NCBI GenBank assembly: GCA_903813345.2
Contig: CAIIXF020000001.1
Span: forward strand, 7,440,001-7,504,000
Reading direction: 5' to 3'
Length of the DNA: 64,000 nucleotides
Origin: Owenia fusiformis
Lineage: Eukaryota
The translations under genes were made by a program, and so were the position numbers. Below, piece by piece: positions 38,474 to 51,118 of the stretch (its first letter is position 1; the number at the start of each line of letters is the position of its first letter). The notes below the pieces were generated by a model. That model did no database searches. It worked only from the letters and a program-made list of their open reading frames with translations, and had not been told where the DNA came from.

Positions 38474-41400
38474 ATGTCTAAATTAAAAAAATACTTGGAA
38501 GAAGTCAAGTCGCAAAATGGGACAGAACTCGATCTCGTTGATAAAGGCATAGTTAACCTTTTAGAATCACCAGCAATTTGTGAGTAGATCTCAAATTTTT
38601 TATTCTGGGAATCAGTTCATAGGGTTAAAATAACGAAATGATGTGATGTAACCACGTATCTGCTTTCCAGTATGTTCTATGCTATCCATTTGACTCTGTT
38701 AATTGTGAAACTCGGCTAAACACGACACCAACGGCAGTATTCTGAGGTTATAAAATTTAGATCGAAAATTTCCTATTTGTAGCACCTTGAAGATTTCTGG
38801 AATTGAACAAAGTAGCGAACGTTGCGATCTTTCAACTTTAGTTCGTTCTTTCTCACCACTTTATGTGAAGCGTTTCAATTTCCTTATTTCAATGCATCAT
38901 TTCAGAACTGAAAGCCCATGATAAAATCAATAAGTTTCCTAGCGTAATATCTTGTATAAAGTTGATTTTTAATAGTCAGTAGCTTCAGGGGCCCTTCCTA
39001 CAATATGTGACATCGCTATCTTGGAAAAATTTTCTTTTATATTCAGCAGCAGATGTCCGAAAACCATTTTCTAATAAATTACTATCTTTCTTTGAAGACA
39101 TGGTTGAGTGACACGCCACAAGTCACGTGATATCATCTAGTAACTAGACACGTGATCAGATATGTGACTGGCAAAATGGACAATATATATCTAAATTTCA
39201 AAGAATTCGGCTAAGATCAATATAGATATGTTGTTGCCTTCATTGTCATGTTTGACTGAGTTCCACAATTCGCATAGTCCGATGGATAGCATAGAACATA
39301 CTGGGTAATAAACATGAGACCTTCAAATGAGCAATGCCATGCTTCCCTTTTTGTGGTAATATTTCAAAAAGTATTAGATAAATGTATATGTTTCAGTGTT
39401 ATTTTGAATAAAAATCAATTTTCAATATGATCATGGGCTTCCAATACTCCTATCCACAATAAAAGTTCAGGTGGTAATTTACATAAATATCTCCCATGAT
39501 GCATCGCTTTGGAAGGGAGAAATTTTCATCAACCCGCCGAACAAGTCGAATACTCTGAACGTTTCTCAGCTCCTGATCTTCCATCAGCCTTCAACCATAG
39601 TTATATGATCCAATCTATTCAATAATCAGAAAGATAATCGGAGATTCAAAGTAACATTATTTATATTTTACAATCTTTGATTTCGTCTGAGCTTACTTCC
39701 TGCAAAAGCTATGTGGATTTTGATATAATAGCTTTCCCACGGCACACTTGGACATCTTAATAAAAGTGACCTTTAAAACATGAATAATAATGAGATCCAC
39801 TTTTGGTCTCTAACTGTGTCTTACATCAGTATCATCTATCCGTGCAAGTATTGGGGCGCTGAAATACTTCTTTTTCGATCAAGACTTCTAATTGTTTATT
39901 GAGTGAATGTTTTTTTCAAAACATTTCCAATAGATGCAATTGAAGGCAAAGCTTATGTATGAAATATTGGTAGTTGCCTAATGCCTACCCTTCTCGTTGA
40001 AAGCCCATTGTTAAACCCTTCCAGCTACGGCCCACAAAATAACACATATTGATAAATAGAAGTTCAATAATACAATACAATAAACTATGATTTTACTTTC
40101 AGTTTCAATGAGACAGATAACCAGAATCACATTAACACACAATAAGATAACTGGTAAGTCATTTAGCAGAATACGTTTTCAAATGAAGTTGCCTCAGTTT
40201 AATGGTCGAAAATCAAATAAATTGATTTCTCTGAAGAAATGAATAAAGTGTTTGAAAAGATATTATATAAACCAGAAAGATGAACTTACATAGAACTATC
40301 ATATCATGACTCGTTAATACATAACTTACTTCTGATGCAGAAACTATTCTATAGTAGTCATTGATATCTATGTTGTAATCCCGGGGGCGGGGGAGGGGGT
40401 ACTCCCATATATTGGTCATATGGGGACGTGCCGCTAAAGTGGGTCACTTGTAATTCAGCTTACCTGTGTTTTCAGTGCTTCCTCCGGCAATTGCAGATCT
40501 TCAAAATTTAGAGACATTGAACCTCTTCAATAATCACCTAGAGGTAAGTTTGTGGGGAATAATCATAATTGATCAAACAACTATTCATCAAAAATATGGT
40601 ATCATTTTTTCAACTTATTTTTCTGCTTACATTCAAATTTTAAGGTAGTGCTATTCATGTATATGACTCAGTATAGTGATATTTAAAAGACTAAATGCAA
40701 TTACATTCAATCATATGTTTATGTTGGTAAACGATATATAGTCTATACACTGTATATAAATGCAGAAAGAATTATAGCATTTGAACCATATTGGCAGTTA
40801 TGTCATTTTGAATAAAATATTTACGCAACTGATTAGGTATTAGTATTTTCTGATGTGAATGTTTCATCTCAATTTCTTTATCCACAAGATGACATTTAGT
40901 TTGTCATGCCCTTAACATTTCAGGAGTTGCCCACAGCAATAGCTGCAATGTCCAAGTTGAAGATCCTTAACATTGGGTATGTCTTTCGGTTTTATTTCAC
41001 ATGTGCCATGCAGTACATCCTCAACCTGATGAAGACATATTTGGATGAAATAATGAACAGGATTAAATAAAAGACCTGAGGTGTCACAGCCATGAACATA
41101 TGTTAGATTAATTTTTGTTATAACATAAAAGAAATAGAATTATTGTAACTGACAGGTTCACCAGATTTATGTGTAGTAGTTCAATTTAAATGAGATGCGG
41201 TTGCGAATACGTTTTAGATATAATCTGTTGTGCGAAAACCTCTCTAATGTAAAGTTGAAAGGAAGTGCAATACCTAGTGTATAGAATCAAAATTGATTTC
41301 TGTTCTATGTATTTATCTCAATCCATCAGGCTTTTTCAGAAGTGTAATTCTAAAAATGATAAATAAAAAATTTTGATTCAAGAATGATGAATATATTTGC

Positions 41401-43390
41401 AATTGCATTCAGTAGAATTTTTGTTGTAGTATGAACAGAATGAACACCTTACCTCGTGGATTTGGTGCCATTCCCAATTTAGAGGTGCTAGACTTAACTT
41501 ACAACAATCTCAATGAGAATTCACTACCAGGGAACTTCTTCTGTCTAGGTAGGTAACTTTTCTGCATTACTGACACTCTGTATGGATCATCAAGCATTGT
41601 AGGATAAGGGTTTACTTGTAATCCATGATAATTAGAATGATCATGTTTTGGGGTATTGTCAGAATGGTAATTTGCATATTTTACTGACAGATGAAAGCTA
41701 ATAAACAAAGTGTCAATATGATGCTATACAATGACAAAATCATAGACTAATCCAGGGTTCAAGGAATTGTATGATTGAAAAAAATTCAGGTGATATTCAC
41801 TGCCCATGCTTATCGAATATTGTCTGGAGTAGGGATTCTGCGGTTAACATTGGTAATTTGATTTTTTCTCCTTCTCTGGCCCAGCACAGTACCATCTATT
41901 GTTTGTTAAATTAATTGAGGTTTATTCTCGATAGGGTAAATCTAATCTATCAGGAAACATTTCCAAGATTGGTTAGAAACAGAATCTCTAGAGATGGCGG
42001 AGTGATTTTTGGTACTATTTAGAGCAAAATGATTTTCTGAAACAGGTAGCTTTTGGTGGTAGCTCAGGTTCATTTATCTCAAATTCATGTGGTCACAGTA
42101 TCATTATCTTGACATGACAAGCTAAATAAGACTATATCATCCAATATAGTTTTTCTTTCAGTGTAAATGTCGATCCTGACATTATTCAATTGTACAACTG
42201 AAAATATATAAATGAATGTGTTTTATACTATTTATGCATATACTCTTGATTGATTTATGATACCTATTCATTTATAAACCACTCGCATAATTTATTTCCA
42301 TTTACAGAAACCCTACGTGCACTTTATATGGGAGACAATGACTTTGAAACAATCCCAAAAGAAATAAAGAATCTAAAGAATCTCCAAATCGTAAGTATCC
42401 AGTGTGTTCAGTTTTTGCACATCTAAAGCCATGTAAATCTTATTGACAACAATTATTTCAATAATAATGGATAATAACCCTGTTGGAAAAACTATTTTTC
42501 ACAAAATTGTAATCTTTAGACACCCATATTTATTGCAGTATTTGAATTTCCTTTATCAGTTTTGAATCACAGATGAACCACATTTGGTTTTTTGAGAACA
42601 TCTGAACTGAAATCCTGGAATAAGTTTGAATGTTTGGTTACAGTTGGTGCTGAGAGAGAATGATCTTATTTCCCTTCCTAAGGAGATAGGTGAACTTGCA
42701 CGCTTAAGAGAACTGCATATTCAAGGAAACAGGTTAACAGTCCTTCCACCAGACCTAGGTATGCATTAGTATTATGTCTTTTGTTGCTATTACGCTGAGG
42801 CATTAATATGTGTATATTGGTAGACCAGTTCACTACATAGGTTTCATTATCCTATGCATTCACTCTAAAAACGAAATTGACTCACCATACTAAATTATGT
42901 AAACTAGAACAGCATCAGGATAGACAGCCCTGACATACGTTTCCTTTAAAAACAAAAAACTTGATAATTTGACTTTCAATATGGTTGGTTATGTTGCAGG
43001 CATTCTAGATCTAGTGGGTATGAAGCAGGTGTTCAAGGGAGAGAACAACCCCTGGGTTCCACCAATAGCAGACCAGTTTCAAGTGGGTGTGTCGCATGTG
43101 TTTGACTACATTAGATCAGATACATATAAATAGTGAGTATGGTTTATGTCTAAAAGAGTACTAAACAGTATATAGTAATATAGCAGAGTTATTAATTTTT
43201 ATTTTATTTCCAACGTGAAATCACTGAAATCACCTCAAGTTATTATAATCATATTTTTTTAAAAAGTAATACAAAAAATGTATGATATTTTTCCAGTTTG
43301 TATGGGCGTCATATACAAGCGCGTGCTGATCCACCACCTAAAACCAATGACAAGTCAAAAAAGATATCTAGGTTGCACAAGAAACATTAG
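38474..43390 (+). CDS. RSU1: Ras suppressor protein 1 (LRR), about 273 aa; coding exons 38474-38579, 40103-40153, 40476-40543, 40924-40976, 41430-41548, 42308-42390, 42644-42758, 43000-43132 and 43297-43390
   Basis: All introns are GT-AG and the exons (822 nt) join in frame. Motifs include MSKLKKYLEE..ELDLVDKGI, LPRGFG..P.LEVLDLTYNNLNENSLPGNFF, LRELHIQGNRLTVLPP, NPWVPPIADQFQVGVSHVFDYIRSDTYKYLYGRH and PPPK.NDKSKKISR. Confidence 0.96.
38667..39304. mobile_element. MITE of about 640 bp with TIRs of about 55 bp in RSU1 intron 1
   Basis: ccagtatgttctatgctatccat...gacac pairs with tgtcatgtttgactgag...atggatagcatagaacatactgg. Confidence 0.75.
40378..40448. repeat. GC-rich interspersed-repeat fragment (CCCGGGGG..GGGTACTCCC...GACGTGCCGC)
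   Basis: An abrupt GC-rich block in an AT-rich intron, resembling a repeat terminus I recall as common in marine invertebrate genomes. Confidence 0.4.
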
Positions 43391-43725
43391 ACACAACATC
43401 AGAAACACGTACACTTCACCCATCTTCATATGATATTTGAGTGAGACTCCTCTGCCTCTCCAGTGTTGAAGTCTCCTAGCAGTGTTTGAGGAAGGGGGCA
43501 GATAGGGGCTTGATGCGAGACTTCATTATTGCTTCCATATTTATTCATTTAGTTCTTGTATATCATCTTATTTCATCAAGGGAAAGGCATATGTGGCTTT
43601 AAACGGGTATTGAAACATGTCATTTATTCAAGCGAGACAATTAGACCAATTATACATGTAACTTAATATCTGACCATAATACTTATGTACATGTACATAA
43701 TTACATCAGACAGTACAGAGTATAA

Positions 43726-44178
43726 GGAGAGTCATCAAAAATTCAATGTCGGATAGAAAACTAAATAAATCTAGTAAGGGGGAGGGGGTTCAAACCCATT
43801 TCAGTTTGCTATCCGACAAATTTCAACATTTAAAATTTTTGGCAATTTTGACTTGGAATGGTTTAAAAATAAAGATTTTACCTGATGCTTTCTTCGGCAA
43901 GATCATTCCAATGGAATCTATTCTATCAATAGTTGTTAAAAGCTGCAAATTACGATAGGAATAAACAAAAACTAGATCGTGTTTAGCAATAAATTTTCAA
44001 ATTCTCAAACTTGAAGTCAGCGATCAACTTTCATTGTAATGATAAATGTAAATAAATCAGAAATTCTCAAACTGGAGGTCAGCGATCAAATTTCATGGTA
44101 TTTAGTTTTGGGGGGAGGGGGGTCAGAGTCAAAACTAGATTTATTTAGTTTCCGACATTGAACTTTTGATGCCTCCCC
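43726..44178. mobile_element. PIF/Harbinger-like MITE with TAA TSD, downstream of the RSU1 stop
   Basis: taa|ggagagtcatcaaaaattcaatgtcgga...tccgacattgaacttttgatgcctcccc|taa; internally aaactaaataaatctagt pairs with actagatttatttagttt. Confidence 0.75.
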
Positions 44179-44680
44179 TAAATGTAAACCAAGCATAGCA
44201 CGAGTGAAAACAACATGTTGTTATTGGCCAGGTGCATATAGAATGATCCCACAAGGCTGTGGGGTCATGGCATGCTATCTGTCACAGTGCCCCAAGGGCA
44301 TGTCATTCAACTGCCACAGGGGCATGTCACTCAACATACTGCCGTAAGGGGATGTAGGGTAGAGTAGTTAATGCCACTTATCAGATATTTATTGTGCAAT
44401 ATTTATACTGCTGATCTATATTACTATTAGTCTTTATATTATCGTATTTGTAGATATTTATTAATATGGATGTGTGTATTTAGTATAGTCTTATATTATC
44501 ATTCAAGTTTGTCATTTTGTTTCCAACCACACCATGGGCCCTCAATGTGTACAATGCATTGATTTAAAGCCACACACAGACATTTTACCTATATTTTAAA
44601 ACTCCAAAAAGTAGTAGATATGACACTGTGCCAAATGAAATGAGATAAAGAAAATATATTGTGGCTCTGAAATAAAGAAA

Positions 44681-44737
44681 AATCAACCTGCAAAATCATG
44701 GTTACAAGCCTGATGCTCTGACCACTCTGCCATAGCC
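44681..44737 (-). mobile_element. tRNA-derived SINE head remnant
   Basis: The minus strand reads GCTATGGCAGAGTGGTCAGAGCATCAGGCTTGTAACCATGATTTTGCAGGTTGATT: an A-box-like TGGCAGAGTGG and a degenerate B box, with no intact acceptor stem. Confidence 0.4.
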
Positions 44738-45317
44738 TCAAATTGACTTTTCAGGTGTATTTTTAATATTCATTCTTAATTTTAGAAAAAGGTTTTTCCA
44801 CTACACCACAATTATTAAATAAATAGTAGTCAATAATCATGCTAATAATTTTAGAATACATATCTGAGTAAATATTCCAAGCCAAATTCAGAATTAATGC
44901 TGTTAATCTAGTTTTCATTTTGAGAATCTATTTCCTGTCATGACTGTCAAAAAAACTTGGCCTCCAAAACAAAATTCTTGCTTCCATTTTTCAATATGTA
45001 GTTTTATGTATAATTGAGGAAAGAAAAATTGAGATATCAAACAGGTAATCAAAGAATATTTAAGATTATTATTAGAATTAAAAAGTTGACATCTTGCGTC
45101 AGTTGGTTGTTTCTTATGTATAGTCTCTAGTAGCTGATAATGCATTACAATGTACCTTTTGCTAATATGAAATTTAACTTCAATGTAGTTTCACTTTTTG
45201 CAGCATCAGAAACCAATCATGTAACAAAAAACTAATATCACTTGATTTCATTAACCGTATTTATTTATTTTAGTGAACTTGAATATGATCTTTCAGTCTT
45301 ATGTTATGTTTTGAACT

Positions 45318-45805
45318 TAAAGGACAACTGAAATAGCTTTTCTCAACTTGCAGCTACAAAAATGCGGTTTTCTCCATTGTAAGCCCACCATAGAGTTCTT
45401 GCGATAGCCATTATAAAATAAATGTTAGATAACTGCTAACGGTCATAGATAACGAAATAAAACTAAGTGACTAATCAAATTGGCCCCCACGTGATTAGTA
45501 ACGTCATATACAAAACATAGCTTTGGTTTATTGGTTCCATAGTAATCACAACGTCACGGCAACCATAGGATTGTTGTGTAAACAAATAACAAAACATTTT
45601 GGCATTATGACGTCATGATTTAATGGACCATAACGGGCCACGTGGGGACCAGTGAGAGATCACGTGGGGGCCAATAACGTCACAACCAATTCGAATATTG
45701 CTTATTAAGCAGCTATAACGATCGTTAGAGTGAAATAGTTTTCACACTACTGATGAGAAAACATGTCCAAATACATCTATCAAAAAATTATATTGATTCC
45801 TTTAG
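45318..45805. mobile_element. Possible Kolobok-like non-autonomous element
   Basis: TTAAAGGA at the left end and TCCTTTA at the right; internally ttggcccccacgtgat pairs with atcacgtgggggccaa; CpG-rich interior. Confidence 0.4.
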
Positions 45806-47049
45806 GTTAAAAATACCATTTCATATCTGCTTTAACTGAATTATGTATCACAAATAAGGAAAATATATCACCAGTTTAGCGCAGTACTTCAACAATATGA
45901 CATTATATTATGTTCTGTATATTTTCTGTGCTTCTTCATATTTCATTGTAATGATCAATGTAAATCAGAGATGCCATACCTGTTAGTCTTATTAAACAAT
46001 ATGATTGTAAACTTTCATATTTACCTCTAATTAAATATATACATGTATTATATATGTAAAAACATGGAAAATTGTTTTGTTCACTTTTGTAATTATATAG
46101 GATTAGGATGCACATCCATTCAACACCAACTTTGTTTTCTCAGATCTTGAGACTATTAAGTAATGACAAAGATGAACTTTAACCTTTATGTAGGGTTCTT
46201 CCATTGAAAAGGAAACTTTTGATTTATACTAGCCACAGTGCTAAACATGATGACCATTTGAATTATTGCTTTTTAATGCAAACAGAAGTAGTATATGTTT
46301 ATTTTCTCACAATTTTTCTCAAGATTTATCTATTTTTTCAAGATGATGCCTTAATTCTGAGGAATGAAAAATGAAACCTCCCATATTCAGTGGTGCACAG
46401 CAGGATGAAACTAATTGGAGTTTCATCCAAAATGATTGACAAAACTTTGATTTATGGTTTAAGAAAATCAAATCAATTAAACCTGCATTCCAAAAACTAA
46501 TATTTCACCCTCCAACCTAACAGGTTTCTCAGGACATCCTTAAAGATTGGATTCATTGTTGGAAAATAACAAAATTGCATTCTGGAAGCCAATCCTCCTT
46601 TGAATTTGGAGATGGCAAGGCATGATTTTGTAGTTGTTCACAATTTCGACTTTATTAGATTGCTTTACATGGCTAACATGGTTGCCATTCAACAAAATCC
46701 CTCCACTACTTTTTCAGTTAAAGTAGAAAACAAAATAACGCACATAAATATGACCACCATTTTTCAAAATCTTCAGTCAATAGATAATTAAATGATGTAT
46801 CATAGGTAAAAAAATAAAAGAGATTGGTCTTAAAAAGCATCCATTGCTTATTGATCACCCCTCATTGTAAATATGCATTTTGTCCACCATTTTGTCTATC
46901 AATGTACAGGATGTGAGGTTCTTATATTCTTTTAGTCTCCGAGATTAACAATTGCTATTTATAAATATAAAAAACAAAAATATATATTTCATATATTTAT
47001 TTATTTATATATCTTAATATGTATTCATTGTCTATATATGCACAATAAT

Positions 47050-47151
47050 TAGTCTTGCTTCAAGTCCTTGAATCCACAAATACATTGCTCACCTCAACAA
47101 AGAGGTGTAGTAAATTGGGGGAGGGGTGTCCAGAGATTTGATGCATGACTA
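47050..47151. mobile_element. TAGTCTTG-terminated mini element (same family as 6004 and 22697)
   Basis: tagtcttgcttcaagtc...gatttgatgcatgacta. Confidence 0.5.
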
Positions 47152-47689
47152 AACAATAATTTACATATACAGTTCACTGTATTAAATAAATAATAAAACC
47201 TTCATCTTAATGTTACATATCACTCACTGAGACACTGCACTCTGTGCATGAAGTAAAACTTGAAATCCGCAAAGGGAATGATTTCTCTTCAATCATTAAA
47301 TCATTTCCAAGAAATTACAATTTTTGAATATTTTATGCTGAAAATAGCATAAATGTGAACTATCATATCATGATTTGTGTTCTATTTTTTTATTAGAATA
47401 AAGCACATCTGCATGTAGAGATCAAAACATCGACCATCCCTTCATTTTGCATGGTACTTTTAGATACTGACCAGTTGGATGGAGCAATGGCTTTATAATA
47501 TATCTACTATTGACTGAACTAGTTGAGGTTATACAGATGAACATTGTGTTTAGTGTGTTTTTTAACTTCAACTTTGATGTAGCCTGTATAAAATTCATAA
47601 ATACATTAAAACATATCTCTATAAATTGGAATACTGCACAAGTCACATGAATTCTGGTACTGGAAATTCAAATTGACTTAATAATTATC

Positions 47690-47851
47690 CAGGTCCGTAG
47701 CCAGGGGGGGTTCGATGAGTTCGAGCCCTCCCCCTGGCCAAAAAAATCTTTCAAAATCATGCAGTTTTTCACCATTCTGAGTGATTTTGGCCATTTTTGG
47801 ACCAATATTGTCACAAATGAACCCCCCTGGCAAATCCTGGCTACGGGCCTG
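47690..47851. mobile_element. Second copy of the CAKGYCCGTAGCCAGG MITE, 5-bp TSD (TTATC)
   Basis: ttatc|caggtccgtagccagg...cctggctacgggcctg|ttatc; shares ctttcaaaatcatgcagtttttcaccattctgagt with the 30664 copy. Confidence 0.85.
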
Positions 47852-48285
47852 TTATCCTTACATGCATTAATCTAATATTTAGTGTTTTTGTAGAATAGGA
47901 GATAGGAGAGGACAAAGTCAGTATGCGATACATCTATTATAAAAGACAGGTTTCCAGTCATTTTGATTTTGCTTTCGTACCAATACAATATGTACATGAT
48001 TTCTACTAATTGAAAGCATCAAGTACAAAGCATCATACATGTACATTCCTTGTAGTATACAAGTATTTATCACAAGATCGTCCATAAATCTGTATTCTTC
48101 ATTTAGTCTATCCATCAATGGATATTTTATTCCGTTATTCATTGTATAAATTGTTTATTCCATTATTTTAAAATAACACAATATCAGTCATAATGTATGT
48201 ATCCTTCCTTGCATCCATGATGATTCATAATGAGTATATGTTTCTGGAATTCTCTTATAATAAAATTGCCTAATTTATTTCCATG

Positions 48286-49137
48286 CTATTGCTCTGAATT
48301 GGAGTCACTTGCTTTTTGTTTATTCTCTTTCTTCACATAGTCTTTAAGGAGGGTGTATCCCATACCTAATGCTATGGCACCAACTACCATACTCTGGGCT
48401 CCAACACGAAGCTTCATTAGGAACACAGATGTCGATTCACGTCCTCGATGCTTGTACTGAGTAGCGGCATAAACACATGCACCTATTAGACCAGCCCATC
48501 CTGAAATATTAATCAAATTATACTGTATACAGTGCAAAATATTTATTCATAATGTATTTTAAGTTCTGTAAATTCACTAGTGTTGCAAAAATTCTTCCCC
48601 CATCCATAAGTAGTGGAGATAAAATCGATTTGTAGGCCATGGCTCATGTTTAGAACACACTGTACTGACTCTTGTGATATTTATTTCAATAAAGTTATTA
48701 TGTAACAACATTGTTTCAATAAGACACTTTTAATTAGCTTTTAAATTATTTCATAATAAAATATAATTGTAACAAGGGTTCCAATAAAATAGGGGAAGAG
48801 GGGGTATACAGGTCCAAAGATGCAATATAGTAAAACCTGTATATATTGAACATTTTTTGCCGAGAAAGAACATTCAGTGTTGGTAGATGTTAACTACAGA
48901 GGGTCATTTATACAGAACTCAGTAGAGTATGTGCGAAGGAGGGGTGTCTACTAGAGATAACTGTTCATTAGAGAGAGTTGTTCACAGATAGCTTTTATTG
49001 CACTATGACTAATTAGTTCTTTAAGACTCACCTAATGGGACATATGGGGCTTCTTGAATTTTCCTAGAAAGTTTTGAAGCCTGTGATTCCTCTTCATATG
49101 AGGTCATTTCTTTCCCTGCTACAGGACTATTTGACAT
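48286..49137 (-). CDS. HIGD1A: HIG1 domain family member 1-like (hypoxia-induced mitochondrial inner-membrane protein), 106 aa; coding exons 49137-49032 and 48500-48286
   Basis: MSNSPVAGKEMTSYEEESQASKLSRKIQEAPYVPLG|WAGLIGACVYAA...STSVFLMKLRVGAQSMVVGA matches the HIGD1 pattern (SKL.RK..EAP.VP.G and RV.AQ..VVGA). The intron is GT-AG phase 1. An acceptor 9 nt upstream of the ATG implies a non-coding first exon (candidate donor at 50220). Confidence 0.9.
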
Positions 49138-50778
49138 TGTGGAGGTCTGGAAATAGAAATCAATAAAATTAACATAGAACTAGTTTATGGTTATAGTCTC
49201 CTAGTGAATGGATTACAGTATTACAGTGTCTGATACAAGCGCAAGGTGCCAATAGACACGTAGCCTTTTGAATATGTTGCAATATCTGCCTATAGGGACA
49301 TTATAACATTTTATGATTAAAATCCTTTAAAACGCTTTTTCTCTCAGAAATCTCATTACAATTTTTGATCATCATCTCTTTTGAAAAATCTGAAGCAAAA
49401 TTAGTTTTTCTTGGCCTTCAAGTAGTACATTTTAATTAGTATAACATTTTTCGATTTGAAACATGTAGTGCATTATAAAGTTTTTCCTCGGACTTCAATC
49501 ATGACCTCACAACACACACCATTGCCTACTTCTAAAAGATCAGATATAAGTTGCTTTGGGGGAAACAACAAATTTAAGACCAGAATCTTTCTGATCTAAT
49601 TTTTTTGATTTAATCAAATCTCAATTAGATAGATCATTCTGCTAGATGAGGTTAAAGGGAAATTCCTTCTCAGACTATTTCTGTCCTGATATGGTAGCTA
49701 TAATAATTTATATACTTTACATATTTAGCAAAGCACGTGAAAATGTTTTGATATGGTCAATATTGATCATTTAAAAATGTAGTACTCCTGGACCCCACAA
49801 GTAAGCGGACAAACTCAAAATATAGCCCCATGACAGTAGTGTTCTGAAAAGAAATGCCACAGACTGACAGAGAAGCATTTTTCACCAATTTTGAAAACCC
49901 AAGGCAATAATTTTGTTAGTCCAACAAATTAAGACCTAGCCTGGGGCCTTGTTTCTTATTTGACATGACTGTCTTATGGCCCCGACTAAATAACGGCCAA
50001 GACAATTCCTAATAGTAAAGAAAGTCGTCATTAAGTTTAACGATATCTCTATTGAACTAGCCTATAGCCCACAGATCCGGAGCCAGATACTATTGGTAGT
50101 AGGCTCAAAGGATATATGGGAAGATAAGACACGGGCCAAAAAAATGACCACCCAAAAATATGACCCTCGTACTGACCTTTATTTTTTCCATCTGCCAGAC
50201 ATTGATTGATCAATATTTACCCTGTAATCTCTTCTTTATGTATTAGTTTGAATGGTTGCATGATATCCATTATTGACGCTGTAATTAGACTTTTCCCGGG
50301 ACATTTATTTTAAATTTTCAGAGCTTAAAGATAATGGAGTGCTTCGGTAATTTCCGGCAATGTCCGATGTTGTTCGTCTCTCAAATTATGTCACATCGCA
50401 ACAAACAGCCAATGAAAGTAAAGAATCGCGTAGCCTAACAAACCGTTGTTATTGTTTCTATGGGAGTTTAAGAAACGTCATTGGACTTCTCATTAATCTC
50501 TGATGTGACATCAGCCGGAGTGGCGTCACATTCTCAGTAAAGGCATTTCACTTCGGGAATAATCATTTGAACAACGGAGATAGCCGAAGCGCTCCATTAA
50601 ATATACGCTCGCTTATTTTATGCTTTTAGACGCTTTCTTGGATGTGTGGCTTTAGTGATTGGAGTTGAAGCTAACAACAGTATGAATCGTTTGAGGTATG
50701 ACATGTGATATTTATTGAAAAACTTGACTCCAAAATCAATGAAAAATAAATTTTCCGAAGATCGCGTGTCTTATCCTG

Positions 50779-51118
50779 GGCCGGTGAATTCGTACGATCC
50801 GCGATCCGATCTGGATAAATTTCGTCATGGTAATGATGCATTGTGGGATTAATCCAAGAATTTATCCAAAAATCAGTGAATTCGTACGATCCTGAGATTA
50901 ATCTCAGGATAAATCTCAATCCACCTCTTGAGGTGGATTACTTTTTGGATAAATTTTATCCGAATTCCAATGCAAATTGGATAAATCTTGGGGATTCCCC
51001 CTCATAATCCTCGGATCGTAAGAATTCACCAAATATTTATCGGATTAGTAATCCAAGATTTATCCCAAAAGATAAAATTTATCCAGATTGGATTGGAGAT
51101 CGTACGAATTCACGGCCC
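50779..51118. mobile_element. 340-bp Harbinger-like MITE with CTG (CWG-type) TSD
   Basis: ctg|ggccggtgaattcgtacgatc...gatcgtacgaattcacggccc|ctg; central palindrome aatccacctcttgaggtggatt. Confidence 0.8.

Noticed and set aside
44681-44737. Functional tRNA gene
   Set aside because: Only the A-box and D-arm region is tRNA-like; the B box is degenerate and there is no acceptor-stem pairing. Treated as a SINE remnant.
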